Assembly: GCF_030144855.1 (NCBI RefSeq)
Contig: NC_082712.1
Coordinates: forward strand, 11,718,001-11,782,000
DNA length: 64,000 bases
DNA from: Hypanus sabinus
Taxonomy: Eukaryota
Direction: 5' to 3'
Position numbers and translations under genes: made by a program. Below are positions 39,753 to 51,325 of this stretch, in pieces. The notes under the pieces were generated by a model. That model had not been told where the DNA came from. It saw only the letters and a list, made by a program, of their open reading frames with translations, and searched no databases. The stretch's first letter is position 1; every line of letters starts with the position of its first letter.

Positions 39753-40108
39753 CTGAACACAAGTTAGAGAGACACAAAATGAAAGGGAATGACTTCACTC
39801 ACCCCATCACTGAACCATTCCCACAACCTACTGACTCACTTTCAAGGTCTCTTCATCTTGTGTTCTTGATACTTATTGCTTATTTATTTACTATAATTAT
39901 TTCTTTCATTTTGTATTTGTACAGCCTGTTGTCTTTACACACTGGTTGTTTGCCTTGCTGGTGTGGTCTTTCATTGATTCTATTATTGTTATTTGATTTA
40001 TTGAGTATGCCCACAGGAAAATGGATCTTAGGGTTGTATATGGTGACAGATGTGTACTTTGATAATGAATTTACTTTGAACTTTGATAAGTTTTTATCTG
40101 CAATTTGA

Positions 40109-42338
40109 GAAGGATAAGGGCATCTCAGAGGTGTCAATGTTGCAGTTGAACAGGGGAAACTATGGAGCCATGAGGGAGGAGCTGGCCAAAGTTGACTGGA
40201 AGGATAGCCTAGCAGAAAAGACAGTGGAACAGCAATGGCAGGTATTCTTGGGAATAATGCACTAGGTGCAAAATCAGTTCATCCCCCAGAGAAGGAAGGA
40301 TTCAAAGGGGGGAAAGGGGCCACAATGGTTGACAAAGGAAGTCAGAGGTTGCATAGCATTAAAAAAAAGGAAGTATGACAGAGCTAAGGTGAGTGGGAGG
40401 ACAGATGATTGGGAAGTTTTTAAGGAACAACAGAACTTAACTAAAAAGACAATACGGGGAGAAAAAATGAGGTACGAACGCAAGCTAGCCAGGAATATAA
40501 AGGAAGATAGCAAAAGCTTTTTTAGGTATGTGAAGAGAAAGAAGATAGTTAAGAACAATGTTGTGCCCTTGAAGAATGAATTGGGTGAAATTGTTATGGG
40601 AAACAGAGAAATGGCAGAAGAATTTAATGAGTACTTTAATCTGTTTTCATTAAGGAAGACACAAGCAATCTCCTAGATGTATGGATGGGCCAAGGACATA
40701 GGGTAACAGAGGAAATGAAACAGATTGACATTAGGAAGGAAACAGTGATGAGAAGACTGATGGGACTGAAGGCTGACAAATCCCCAGGTCCAGATGGTCT
40801 GCATCCTAGGGTACTAAAGGAGGTGGCCCTGGAAATTGTGGATGCATTGGTAATCATTTTCCATTGTTCCTGAGATTCAGGATCAGTTCCTGAGGATTGG
40901 AGAATGCCTAATATTATCCCACTTTTTAAGAAAGGAGAGAGGGAGAAAACAGAGAGCTATCGACCTGTCAGCCTGACATCGGTGGTGGGGAAGATGCTAG
41001 AGTCCTTTATTAAGGATGAAATAGTGGCATATCTAGATAGCAGTGATAGGATTGGGCCAAGCCAGCATGGATTTACCAAGGGTAAATCATGCTTGACTAA
41101 TCTGTTGGAGTTTTTCGAGGATGTAACCAGGAAGTTAGGCTGAGGAGTTCCAGTGGATGTAGTGTACCTCGATTTTCAGAAGGCATTTGATAAGGTCCCA
41201 CATAGAAGATTGGTGGGTAAAATCAGAGCTCATGGCATTGGGGGGAAGATATTGACATGGATAGAAAACTGGTTGACAGATAGAAAGCAAAGGGTAGCAG
41301 TGAATGGGTGTTTCTTGGAATGGCAGGTGGTGACTAGTGGGGTGCCACAGGGCTCGGTATTGGGACCACATCTGTTTATGATTTAGATGAAGGCATTGAG
41401 AATAACATCAGCAAACTTGCTGATGATACTAAGCTGAGTGGCAGTGTGACATGTGATGAGGATGTTAGGAGAATTCAGGGTGACTTGGTTAGACTAGGTG
41501 AGTGGGCAGATACTTGGCAGATGACGTTTAATGTGAATAAGTGGGAGGTTATCCACTTTGGGAGTAAGAACAGGAAGGCAGATTATTATCTGAACAGTGT
41601 AGAGTTAGGTAAGGGAGAAATACAAAGAGATCTAGGAGTCCTTGTTCATCAGTCACTGAAGGTGAATGAGCAAGTGCAGCAGGCAGTGAAGAAGGCTAAT
41701 GGAATGTTGGCCTTTATTACAAAGGGAGTGGAGTACAAGAGCAAGGAAATCCTCTTGCATTTGGACAGAGCCCTGGTGAGACCGCACCTGGAGTATTGTC
41801 TACAGTTTTGGTCTCCAGGGTTAAGGAAGGACATCCTGGCTATAGAGGAAGTGCAGCGTAGATTCACGAGGTTAATTCCTGGGATGTCTGGACTGTCTTA
41901 CGCAGAGAGGTTAGAGAGACTGGGCTTGTATACCCTGGAATTAAGGAGATTGAGAGGGGATCTGACTGCAGCATATAAGATTATTAAGGGATTGGACAAG
42001 ATAGAGGGAGAAAATATGTTCCAGATGCTGGGAAAGTCCAGTACCAGAGGGCATGGTTTGAGAATAAGGGGTAGGTCATTTAGGACAGAGTTAAGGAAAA
42101 ACTTCTTCTCCCAGAGAGTTATGGGGTCTGGAATGCACTGCCTCGGAAGGTAGTGGAGGCCAATTCTCTGGATGCTTTCAAGAAGGAGCTAGATAGGTAT
42201 CTTATGGATAGGGGTATCAAGGGATATGGGGACAAGGCAAGAACCGGGTATTGATAGTAGTTGATCAGCCATGATCTCAAAATGGCGGTGCAGGTTCAAA
42301 GGGCTGAACGGTCTACTTCTGCACCTATTGTCTATTGT
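40109..42338 (+). mobile_element. 5'-truncated CR1 ORF2 (copy B, duplicated with its flanks)
   Basis: Same truncation point and nearly the same sequence as copy A. Confidence 0.92.
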
Positions 42339-42550
42339 CCAAATGTTAGCAGGAATTCAGCAACACAAAGGAACAGAATTGTTGACATTTTGGATTGAGA
42401 CCTTGCAAACCATTGATAATTTATTTCTCCCCCACAGGCACAGTTCAACCCGCTGAATTTCTCTACCAGATTGTGTGTCACTCCAGTTCCAACACTCTTG
42501 TTGCTACAAACAAGGTCAAAACTCTCAACCAGTAAGGTGCTGGCATTTAC

Positions 42551-42604
42551 CATTGTTGTTGCTGCTTGGGGCAATCTCATCATACAAGGGGCTGCTGTCT
42601 TGCA
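42551..42604 (-). CDS. Tyrosine-motif exon Y1 (54 nt): VQDSSPLYDEIAPSSNNN
   Basis: Acceptor tctgatttgtgttacag, donor G|GTAAAT. Phase 1-1 and homologous to the exons at 38430 and 33616. Confidence 0.72.
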
Positions 42605-43729
42605 CTGTAACACAAATCAGAGAACCACAGTCAAATTCAGGTTTAATTGTCATTCAACCACACACATGTATACAGCCAAATGAAACCTTTGGGGCCAAGG
42701 TGTAAAATACAGTCATCAACCGTCACACACTACACATAGCAAACACACAGCACATATACTGTTGTTACAATAGCAAAAAAAAACATACACACAACACAAA
42801 TTAATATCAGCACAAGTCCCTCAGTGTTAAGCCTGAAGATTGATGTAGCATGGGATGCTGTCCTGGAGCCATGTTTCTGTAAGAATAAGCACGTCGCAGT
42901 TCCTCATCTCACGCTTGTGCACCAGTGCAGATGCAGACCAATGCAATCCCATTTGTCTTCATCAAGTGAACACTGGAGGGCAGCACTGATAGCATACAGC
43001 AGGAGATTCAGCCCGTCAAATCCATACTAGCTCTTAGGAGGACAATTCTATCATCCCATTGATCCTTCTCTTATCCCATGGACCTGGACGTTATCTCCTG
43101 CCAATCCAATACTCTGTTGAATGCCTTTACTATTACAGATTTAGGGTCGAAACAATCTTAACCCCTCCCCTTCTAACTTCTGGCTAGCTTTATCACACTA
43201 TGCATCTTGGTTCAAAAGGGAACAGGTTCTCTCTTGGATTTATGGGTGAGAAACTGAAGTGAACATAGTAGACCATACTCTCTGCTCCGCCATTCCATCA
43301 AGGCCGATTTATTTTCCCTCTGAAGCCCCATTCTCCTGCCTTCTCCCTGTAATCTCTGGACCTGCTCCAATGTAGCACACGCTTCCTTAGATATGGAGTC
43401 CAAAACTGCTGACCATACTCCAAGTGTGGCTCGGCCGATGCCTCGTGCCTTGCAGAGGTGGAAATGCATTGGGGTATCAGGAGGTGGGCTGCTTCCCCCA
43501 GAGACACAGCCTCTGGCTTGCTTGGTGCTTACAGAACTAGTCCAGATGAGTGCCTGCTCGGTGGTAACCTCTTCCCAAGGTATGAGGGTCCCAAAGTGGT
43601 AATGCGACTGAATATGTCCTGCAAAGCTCTGTGGGGAGCCGTAGAGTGCTGGGTGTCTCCGTTTCTTCAGCACCTGTATTTGCTGATTGTTGCCTTAATG
43701 AGAGTCCTTAACTGAATTGACTTGATTAC

Positions 43730-44890
43730 ATGAGAACTAAAAATCTTTACATTATGTCTCCATTGAAATGTGCAATTTATAGTAATTTATAATAAATAGT
43801 AAGTAGATTGGACAGTCAATATCATATAGAAATACAATTGTATCAGCATGAATTAATCAGTCTGATGGCCTGGTGGAAGAAGCTGTCCCAGAGCCTATTG
43901 GACCTGACTTTAATGCTGTGGTATCATTTCCTGGATGGTAGCAGCTTGAACAGTTTGTGGTTGGGATGACTCGGGTCTCCAATGATCTTTCGGGCCCTTT
44001 TTACACACCTGTCTTTGTAAATGTCCTGAATAGTGGGAAGTTCACATCTACAGATGCACTGGGCCATCCGCACCACTCCCTGCAGAGTCCTGCAATTAAA
44101 GGAGGTACAGTTCCCATACCAGGCAGTGATGCGGCCAGTCAGGATGGTCTCAATTGTGCCCCTGTGGAAAGTTCTTAGGATTTGGGGGCCCATACCAAAC
44201 TTCATCAACTGTCTCAGGTGAAAGAGGTACTGTTGTGCCTTTTCCACCACACAGCCAGTATGTACAGACCACGTGAAATGCTTGGTGATGTTTATGCTGA
44301 GGAACTTAAAGCTGCTTGAGATGAGGCCATCAATGTCATGTCTCAGTGAATTTAATTAGCAGATTGGAGCTGTGGGTAGTGACACAGTCATGGGTTCACA
44401 GAGAGTAAAGGAGGGGACTTAGTACACAGCTCTGAGGGGCACCTGTGTTGAGGGTCAGAGGGACAGAGTTGAGGGAGCCCACTCTTATCACCTGCTGGCA
44501 ATCTGACAGGAAGTCCAGGATCCAGCTGCACAAGGCAGGGTGAAGGCCGAGGTCTCTGAGCTCCTTGTCGAGCCTGGTGGAGGGGTGGGCGGGATTCTGG
44601 TGTTGAATGCTGAACTGTAATCCAAGAACAGCGTTCTCACATAAGCATCCTTCTTCTCCAGATGTGTAAGGACAGTGTGTAGAGCTGTGGCTGTTGAATC
44701 ATCAGTTGATTGGTTGTGTCGGTGGGCAAATCGTATGGGGTTTAGTGTGGGTGGTAGCAAGCTGCAGATGTTGTCCTTGACCAGCCTCTCAAAGCATTTG
44801 CTTATTACTGAGGTGAGTGCAACAGGACGCCAGTCATTCAGGCACGTTACCTTGGCCTTGTGTTTTCTGTTTAATCTGGTCAAGTTAATT
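43730..44890 (-). mobile_element. Rex1/Babar LINE fragment with an internal deletion
   Basis: KAKVTCLNDWRPVALTS, LFLDYSSAFN and HLRQLMKFGM. Confidence 0.82.
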
Positions 44891-45070
44891 GTGACTGGCA
44901 CGGGCTTTCTGCTTTCCATGATTACTGAAAGGGGACTCTCATTTAGTGCTGAGTGGAGTGCTTGTGTTTGTGGAGAATGATTTGTCTCACAGTGTCACTC
45001 GATCGTTTCTCTGATACTCTGTTGGTATTCCAATGTCTAATCCCTTGTTTCCGTCTCTTCATGGGAGCAC

Positions 45071-45376
45071 CTGGGTTCAGTCACGCCGGCGTTCACCATG
45101 ACAGAGTCTGCTGTTCCTCCGCTCCTGAGTTGAGTCATTGTCAGCACTCACTGTGACAGAGTCTGCCATTCGCTCACTCCTGGGTTCAGTTGTCGTCAGT
45201 GCTCACCGTGACGGAGTCCAAAGTTCCTCTGCTCCTGTGTTCAGTTGTCTTCATCACTCACAATGACGGAGTCTGCCGGTCCTTTGCCCCTGGGTTGAGT
45301 CATCGCCAACACTCACTGTGACAGAATCTGCCATTCCTCCACTCCTGGGTTGAGTTGTGCTGGTGCTCACCGTGAC
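45071..45376. repeat. Diverged 55-bp tandem repeat (5.5 copies)
   Basis: Unit starts at 45071, 45125, 45180, 45235, 45290 and 45345. Confidence 0.85.
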
Positions 45377-45589
45377 AACAAGGCAGACGGTCAGACTCCT
45401 GGTGGCAATGGTCACGGTCTGGCATGGCTTTCAAATGATGGTTCCTTCCCACTAACAGGCAGCCTCGAAAAGTTATTGACGCTCAACTGTCAATCGTCTG
45501 CTGAGTCTGGTGTTCATTCTGATCAGAAGGGACAGCAGATCGCAGTCACCCTTCAGAGAGAGAGACATTCTTATATCCATTACTCTCAC

Positions 45590-47730
45590 TCTCCTGAGAG
45601 CATCAGAATGGGAATGCAAGGGAATGAGAGGGTTACCGGATGAGGAACGTCCGACATCTCTTGGGCTGTATTCCCTCGAGTTCAGGAGAATGAGGGGGAT
45701 CTCATAGAAACAATCCGAATGTCAAAAGGCCTGAACAGATTAGAGATGGCAAAGTTATTTCCCATGGTAGGGGAGTCCAGGACAAGAGGGCACAACTTCA
45801 GGAATGAAGGACGTCCATTTAGAACAGAGATGAGGAGAAATTACTTTAGTCAGAGGGTGGTAAATCTGTGGAATTTGTTGCCATGAGCAGCTGTGGAAGC
45901 CAAGTAATTGGGAATCATTAAGACAGAGATAGATAGGTTCTTATTAGCCAGGGTACGGGGAGAAAGCAGGGGAGTGGGGATGACCAGAAAAATTGAATCA
46001 GCCCGTGATTGAATAGCAGAGCAGCCTTGATGGGCCGAATGGCCTAGTTGTGCTCCTGGGTCTGATGATGTTAAGTGGTTATGTCAGAAACATAGAAAGC
46101 CTACAGCAGGATACAGGCCCTTCGGCCCACAAAGCTGTGCCAAACACGCCCTTACTTTAGAATTTACCTCGGGCTACCCATGGCCCTCTATTTTTCTAAG
46201 CTCCATGTGCCTATCCAGGAGTCTCTAAAAGACCCCATCGTATCAGCCTCTGTGACCATCGCCAGCAGCCCATTCCATGCACTCACTACTCTCTGTGTAA
46301 AAAACTTACCCCTGTCATCTCCTCTGTACCTACTTCCAAGCACCTTAAACCTGTGTCCACTTGTGGCAACCATTTCAGCCCTGGGGAAAAGCCTCTGACT
46401 ATCCACATGATCAATGCCTCTCATCATCTTGTACACCTCTATCAGGTCACCTCTCATCCTCCATCGCTCCAAGGAGAAAAGGCCGAGTTCACTCAACCTA
46501 TTCCCATAAAGCATGCTCCCCAATCCAGGCAACATCCTGGTAAATCTCATCTGCACCCTTTCTATGGTTTCCACGTCCTTCCTGTAGTGAGGTGACTGGA
46601 ACTGAGTATAGTACTCCAAGTGGAGACTGATAGGTCCTATATAGCTGCAACATTACATCTTGGCTCCTAAACTCAATCCCATGATTGATGAAGGCCAATG
46701 CACTGTATGTCTTCTTAACCTGCATGGCAACTTTGTGTGTCCTATGGAATCGGACCCCAAGATCCTTCTGATCCTCCACACTGCCAAGTGTCTTACAATT
46801 AATACTAAATTCTGCCATCATATTTGACCTACCAAAATGAACAACCTCACACTTAACTGGGTTGAACTCCATCTGCCACTTCTTAGCCCATTTTTGCATC
46901 CTATCAATGTCCCACAGTAACCTCTGACAGCCCTCCACACTATTCACAACACCCCCAACCTTTGTGTCAACAGCAGATTTACTAACCCATCCCTACAATT
47001 CCTCATCCAGGTAATTTATAAAAACCACAAAGAGTAGGGGTCGCAGAACAGATCTCTGAGGCACACCACTCGTCACCGACCTCCATGCAGATTATGACCC
47101 ATCTAAAACCATTTGCCTTCTGTGGGCAAGCCAATTCTCCATTCACAAAGCAATGTCCCCTTGGATCCCATGCCTCCTTACTTTCTCAATAAACCTTGCA
47201 TGGGGTACCTTATCAAATGCCTTGCTGAAATCCATATACACTACCTCCACTACTCTTCCTTCATCAATGTGTTCAGTCACATCCTCAAAAAATTCAATCA
47301 GGCTTGTAAGGCACGACCTGCCTTTGACAAAGCCATGCTGACTACTCCTAATCATATTATACCTTCCCGAAAGTTCATAAATCCTGCTTCTCAAGATCTT
47401 TTCCATCAACTTACCTACCACTGAGGTAAGACTCACTGGTCTATAATTTCTATAACCTCTTCCCCAGGGCACCACTGCTCAGTACAAGAGGACATGGCTT
47501 TAAGGTAAGGAGAGAAAAGTTCAAGGGGGATATTAGAGGGAGGTTTTTTACTCAGAGAGTGGTTGGTGCGTGGAATGCACTGCCTGAGTCAGTGGTGGAG
47601 GCAGATACAATTGTGAAGTTTACTAGACAGGTATATGGAGGAATTTAAGATAGCAGGATATGTGAGAGGCAGGGTTTAAGGGTCAGCACAACATGGTGGG
47701 CTGAAGGGCCTGTTCTGTGCTGCACTGCAC
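45590..47730. mobile_element. Cluster of CR1 fragments (plus 45590-46070, minus 46095-47455, plus 47470-47730)
   Basis: LGLYSLEFRRMRG, NYRPVSLTSVVGK and SSQHGFVKGRSC motifs in alternating orientations. Confidence 0.82.
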
Positions 47731-47863
47731 TACGTTCCAGTGAATCCGAAGCTGCTCTGCTCTTTCCTCGGCTGGTGGAGCTCCCTGCCTGTTCTAGATT
47801 TGTTATTGATCATTCCCCTGGGAGCCGTGACTGGTTCACCCCCTCGCGCTGTCAGCTCAGTAC

Positions 47864-47916
47864 CTGACTGAGGCGGCTTCTGTTCCTGCTCCGATCGGGT
47901 CAAACGTGGAGCATTC
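47864..47916 (-). CDS. Cytoplasmic exon 2 (53 nt, phase 2-1)
   Basis: Acceptor ttcttttctcaacag, donor G|GTACTG. Reads (R)NAPRLTRSEQEQKPPQS. 40+53=93 nt restores phase 1. Confidence 0.65.
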
Positions 47917-48139
47917 CTGTTGAGAAAAGAACCGATATCATGAAATCACAGCATGTTCCCAGTTGTGGTTATCCAAGATTACAACGGACCCAGTGGGCCA
48001 AGGAACAGCAGATCAGGTTTAATTTAATATGACAAAATGCAAGACCTCAGGTTCTGAGGAGTGTGGCAGGACAGAGCAATGAGGGAACACAGACCTTTAA
48101 TTCCCTGAAAGTGGTGCCACAGCTAGACAGGGTTGTGAA

Positions 48140-48420
48140 GATACGCTGTTACAGCTCGGGGTGTCAGAGTTCAGAGTTCAATTTTGGCATCCTGTAAGCA
48201 AGTTTTATGTTCCATCCTGAGTGCCTGTCCTGTGGGTTTCCTCCGGGTGCTCCGGTTTCCTCCCACAGTCCAAAATCATACAGGTTAGGGTCAGTAAGTT
48301 GTGGGCATGTTATGTTGGCATTGGAAGCACGGCAACACTTGCCGACTGCCCCCAGCGCAATCTCAGACTGTGTTGGTTAGTGACACAAATGACACATTCA
48401 CTGTATGTTTCGACATGCCT
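48140..48420 (+). mobile_element. V-SINE (HE1-like) copy
   Basis: Conserved V-domain core gggtttcctccgggtgctccggtttcctcccacagtc. Confidence 0.65.
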
Positions 48421-48886
48421 GTGACAAATAAAGCTGATAGTCATGGAGTCAAGGAACAGAAACAGACCCTTTGGCCCATCGAGCCCATGCTGAACCAGTA
48501 ATCTGCCTCGTCCCATCGAACTGCATCTGAACCAAAGCCCTTCAATTGAAATTGAACCCACATGCACCACTTGTGCTGGCAGCTCGTTCCACACTCTCAC
48601 CACCCTCTGAGTGAAGACGTTTCCCTCATGTTCCCCTTAAACTTCTCACCTTTTACCCTTAACCCATGATCTGCAAATTTGCTGATCCAGTTAATCGCAT
48701 TATCATCCAGATGATTGATAGAGATGACAAACAGTGGACCCAGCACCGATCCCTGTCGGACTCCACTAGTCACAGGCCTCCAGTGACTAATCAGATCTGT
48801 GAACAAAGTCAGCACGCTGTGCTCAACCTGTGGGTGACGGACCTCCCATTCAACCCCAGCCCGGTCTCCGTATCGATTCACCTTAC

Positions 48887-48926
48887 CTTTTCGTACATCT
48901 GATGAAACACATCAGCCAGACGTGAA
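48887..48926 (-). CDS. Cytoplasmic exon 1 (40 nt, phase 1-2)
   Basis: Acceptor ctttttatttcttcag, donor AG|GTAAGG. After the TM exon it reads VHVWLMCFIRCTK(R). Its phase-2 end matches the next exon. Confidence 0.7.
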
Positions 48927-49186
48927 CTGAAGAAATAAAAAGACGATCATTATTGTACTTAAAAACTGAAATCTGTGTTGTGCACCAAAAAGAGCAGAGT
49001 ACGAAAGGTTCGTAGACAAAAGGAACTCTGCCCACTCCCACCACTGAATCCCCTCTCACATCCCACAGACACTCTCCCCACACCCACTGAATCCCCTCCC
49101 ACAGTCCACCAACTCTCCCCCCATCAGCCACTCTCCTTCATGGAGAGGAACAGTCATCTTCACTTGCCAGCCAGTTCTCCGCTCAC

Positions 49187-49276
49187 CTTTCTTCTTCCAG
49201 GCGACTGCCAGGAGGACACAGACTAGGAGCAGGAGAACCAGAACGACCAGCACGTAAATGAGAGGGTTTGAGTTGG
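49187..49276 (-). CDS. Transmembrane exon of the Ig receptor (90 nt, phase 1-1)
   Basis: Acceptor ctctctgtctcacag, donor G|GTGAGC. Encodes ANSNPLIYVLVVLVLLLLVCVLLAVAWKKK: an uncharged hydrophobic stretch with a basic stop-transfer cluster, in frame with the V exon. Confidence 0.88.
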
Positions 49277-50319
49277 CTGTGAGACAGAGAGCAGCTTTAA
49301 CACCAGACCTCAGTACAGTGCTTCCATTTTCACTGTGCCTTAGCGGCTTTCTCCCGATCGATACCTGAGTTGTGGAGACACACTGTACAGCCCAACAGAC
49401 CCTTCGGCCCGATGGTCCATACTGACCAAGGTCATCATCCAAGGTCCTATTTGCAAGCGTTTGGCCCATAACCTTCCAAATCATTCCTATTTCATACTAT
49501 TTATTCATTTAATTTTGTATCTTGTGGTAATTTTTATTTCCTACACTTCACTGCTGCCACAAAATGACAAATTTCACAAAATAGTTCTGTGATAATTCTC
49601 TTGCTTGTGATTCTATCCATGAACAGTACCTGTCCCACTGTCTTTTAAAATGGGCGGCATTCATCATCACAGACCTCCTCCACCCAGGACATGTCCTCTT
49701 CTCATTGCTAATATCAGGGAGGAGGTACAGGAGCCTGAAGACTCACATTCAATGTTTCAGGAATAGCTTCTTCGCCTCTGCCATCAGATTTGTGAACTGT
49801 CTGTGAACACTACATCCATTTTGCCCCTCCTTCATCCTGGATCCTTCCCTCATCTGTGATTTCCATCGGGACCATCTGGACAAGCCTGGTGGTTCACTGC
49901 TGAAATGGGGAGGGGAGGTACTATCATGGGCCTGATCGTTTATTCCCTAGTTTCCTCTAATTTCCTTTGTTTGTTCCATGGTTGCGACCGTTAATTTCCC
50001 AATTGCTTCTAATTTTCTTTGATGATGGCACACCTGGTTTCCATCAGGACCTGCAGTATAAGAACCCCGGTGTTACAAACCCCAGTTGCCAGATCGTTGG
50101 TCTTTTTCCTGTGTGATAACTAATGTTTCCCAACTGCTTGGAACCATTTGTTCTAAGTTTAGCTGTGAGACTCCATCTCTCTGAGTCGAGGCTCCATGTT
50201 TAGGCTCCGTGTCAAGGCTCTGTGTCAAGGTTTCTCCTGTTTGCTGTCCAACGGTCACGTCTGCAACCTAACTAAACCTCCATGCCCGTGTCCTGCTCTT
50301 GGGTTTGCCTCATTCGTCA

Positions 50320-51325
50320 CATTTCATTGCAACAAGAATCCCCTACATGGGAAATAACTTTCCCATCTCTAATCTGTTCAGGCCTTTTAACATTCAGAAT
50401 GTTTCTATGAGACCCCTCCCCCTCATTCTCCTGAACTCCAGGGAATACAGCCCAAGAGCTGCCAGACGTTCCTCACACAGTAACCCTCTCATTCCTGGAA
50501 TCATTCTCGTGAATCTTCTCTGAACCCTCTCCAATGGCAGTATATCCTCTCGAAAATAAGGAGCCCAGAACTGCACACAATACTCCATGTGGTCTCACAA
50601 GTGCCTTGTAGAGCCTCAACATCACATCCCAGCTGTTATATTCTATACCTCTAGAAATGAATGGCAACATTGCATTCACCTTCTTCACAACTGACTCAGC
50701 CTAGAGGTTAACCTTCAGGGTATCCTGCATAAGGAATCCCAAGTCCCTTTGCATCTCTGCATTTTGAATTCTCTCCCCATCTAAATAATAGTCTGCCCGT
50801 TTATTTCTCACACATAAGTGCATGACAATACACTTTCCAACATTGTATTTCATTTTCCATATCTTTGCCCATTCCCCTGTATCCTCAACACTACCCACTC
50901 CTCCACCGATCTTTGTATCATTGGCAAATTTAGCCACAAATCCATTAATCCCATCGTCCAAATCATTGACATACATCGTAAAAAGAGCAGTCCTAACACC
51001 GACCCCTGTGGAACTCCACTGGTAACTAGCAGCCAGCCAGAATAGGATCCCTTTATTCCCACTCTCTGTTTTCTGCCGACCAGTCAATGCTCCACCCACG
51101 CTAGTAACTTCCCTGTAATTCCATGGGCTCTTATCTTGCTAAGCAGCCTCATGTGTGACACCTTGTCAAAGGCCTTCTGGAAATCCAAGTACACCACAAC
51201 TACTTCATCTCCTTTGTCTACCCCGCTTGTAACTTCCTCAAGGAATTGCAGTAGTTTTGTCAGGCAGGAGTTTCCTTTCCGGAAACCATGCTGGCTTTGG
51301 CCTATCTTGTCATGTGTATAACCAG
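50320..51325 (-). mobile_element. CR1 ORF2 fragment
   Basis: SQHGFRKGNSCLT, VYLDFQKAFDKV and GVPQGSVLG motifs. Confidence 0.85.

Larger units (their letters stand above)
35120..42720. repeat. Tandem segmental duplication, ~4.12 kb period (A ~35120-38620, B ~39240-42720)
   Basis: Both units have the same order: Rex fragment, unique segment, CR1, Y exon. The offset is about 4121-4122 bp. Confidence 0.95.

Noticed and set aside
43568-43618. Acceptor ctttgcag and donor GAG|GTTACC, possible exon containing TYSV
   Set aside because: Splice signals are weak, and the Tyr frame needs a phase-2 entry that does not fit the chain after exon 2.
44850-44925. Acceptor cccctttcag then MESRKPVPVTINLTR
   Set aside because: It runs straight into Rex RT sequence, and the only donor is phase 0 and TE-derived.
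45071-45376. Possible coding 18-aa repeat
   Set aside because: Most units are 55 bp, so the frame shifts and stops appear.
48887-48926. Alternative reading SRLADVFHQMYEK for the 40-nt exon
   Set aside because: It needs a phase-2 upstream exon, but the TM exon ends in phase 1 and no intervening exon was found. Not fully excluded.
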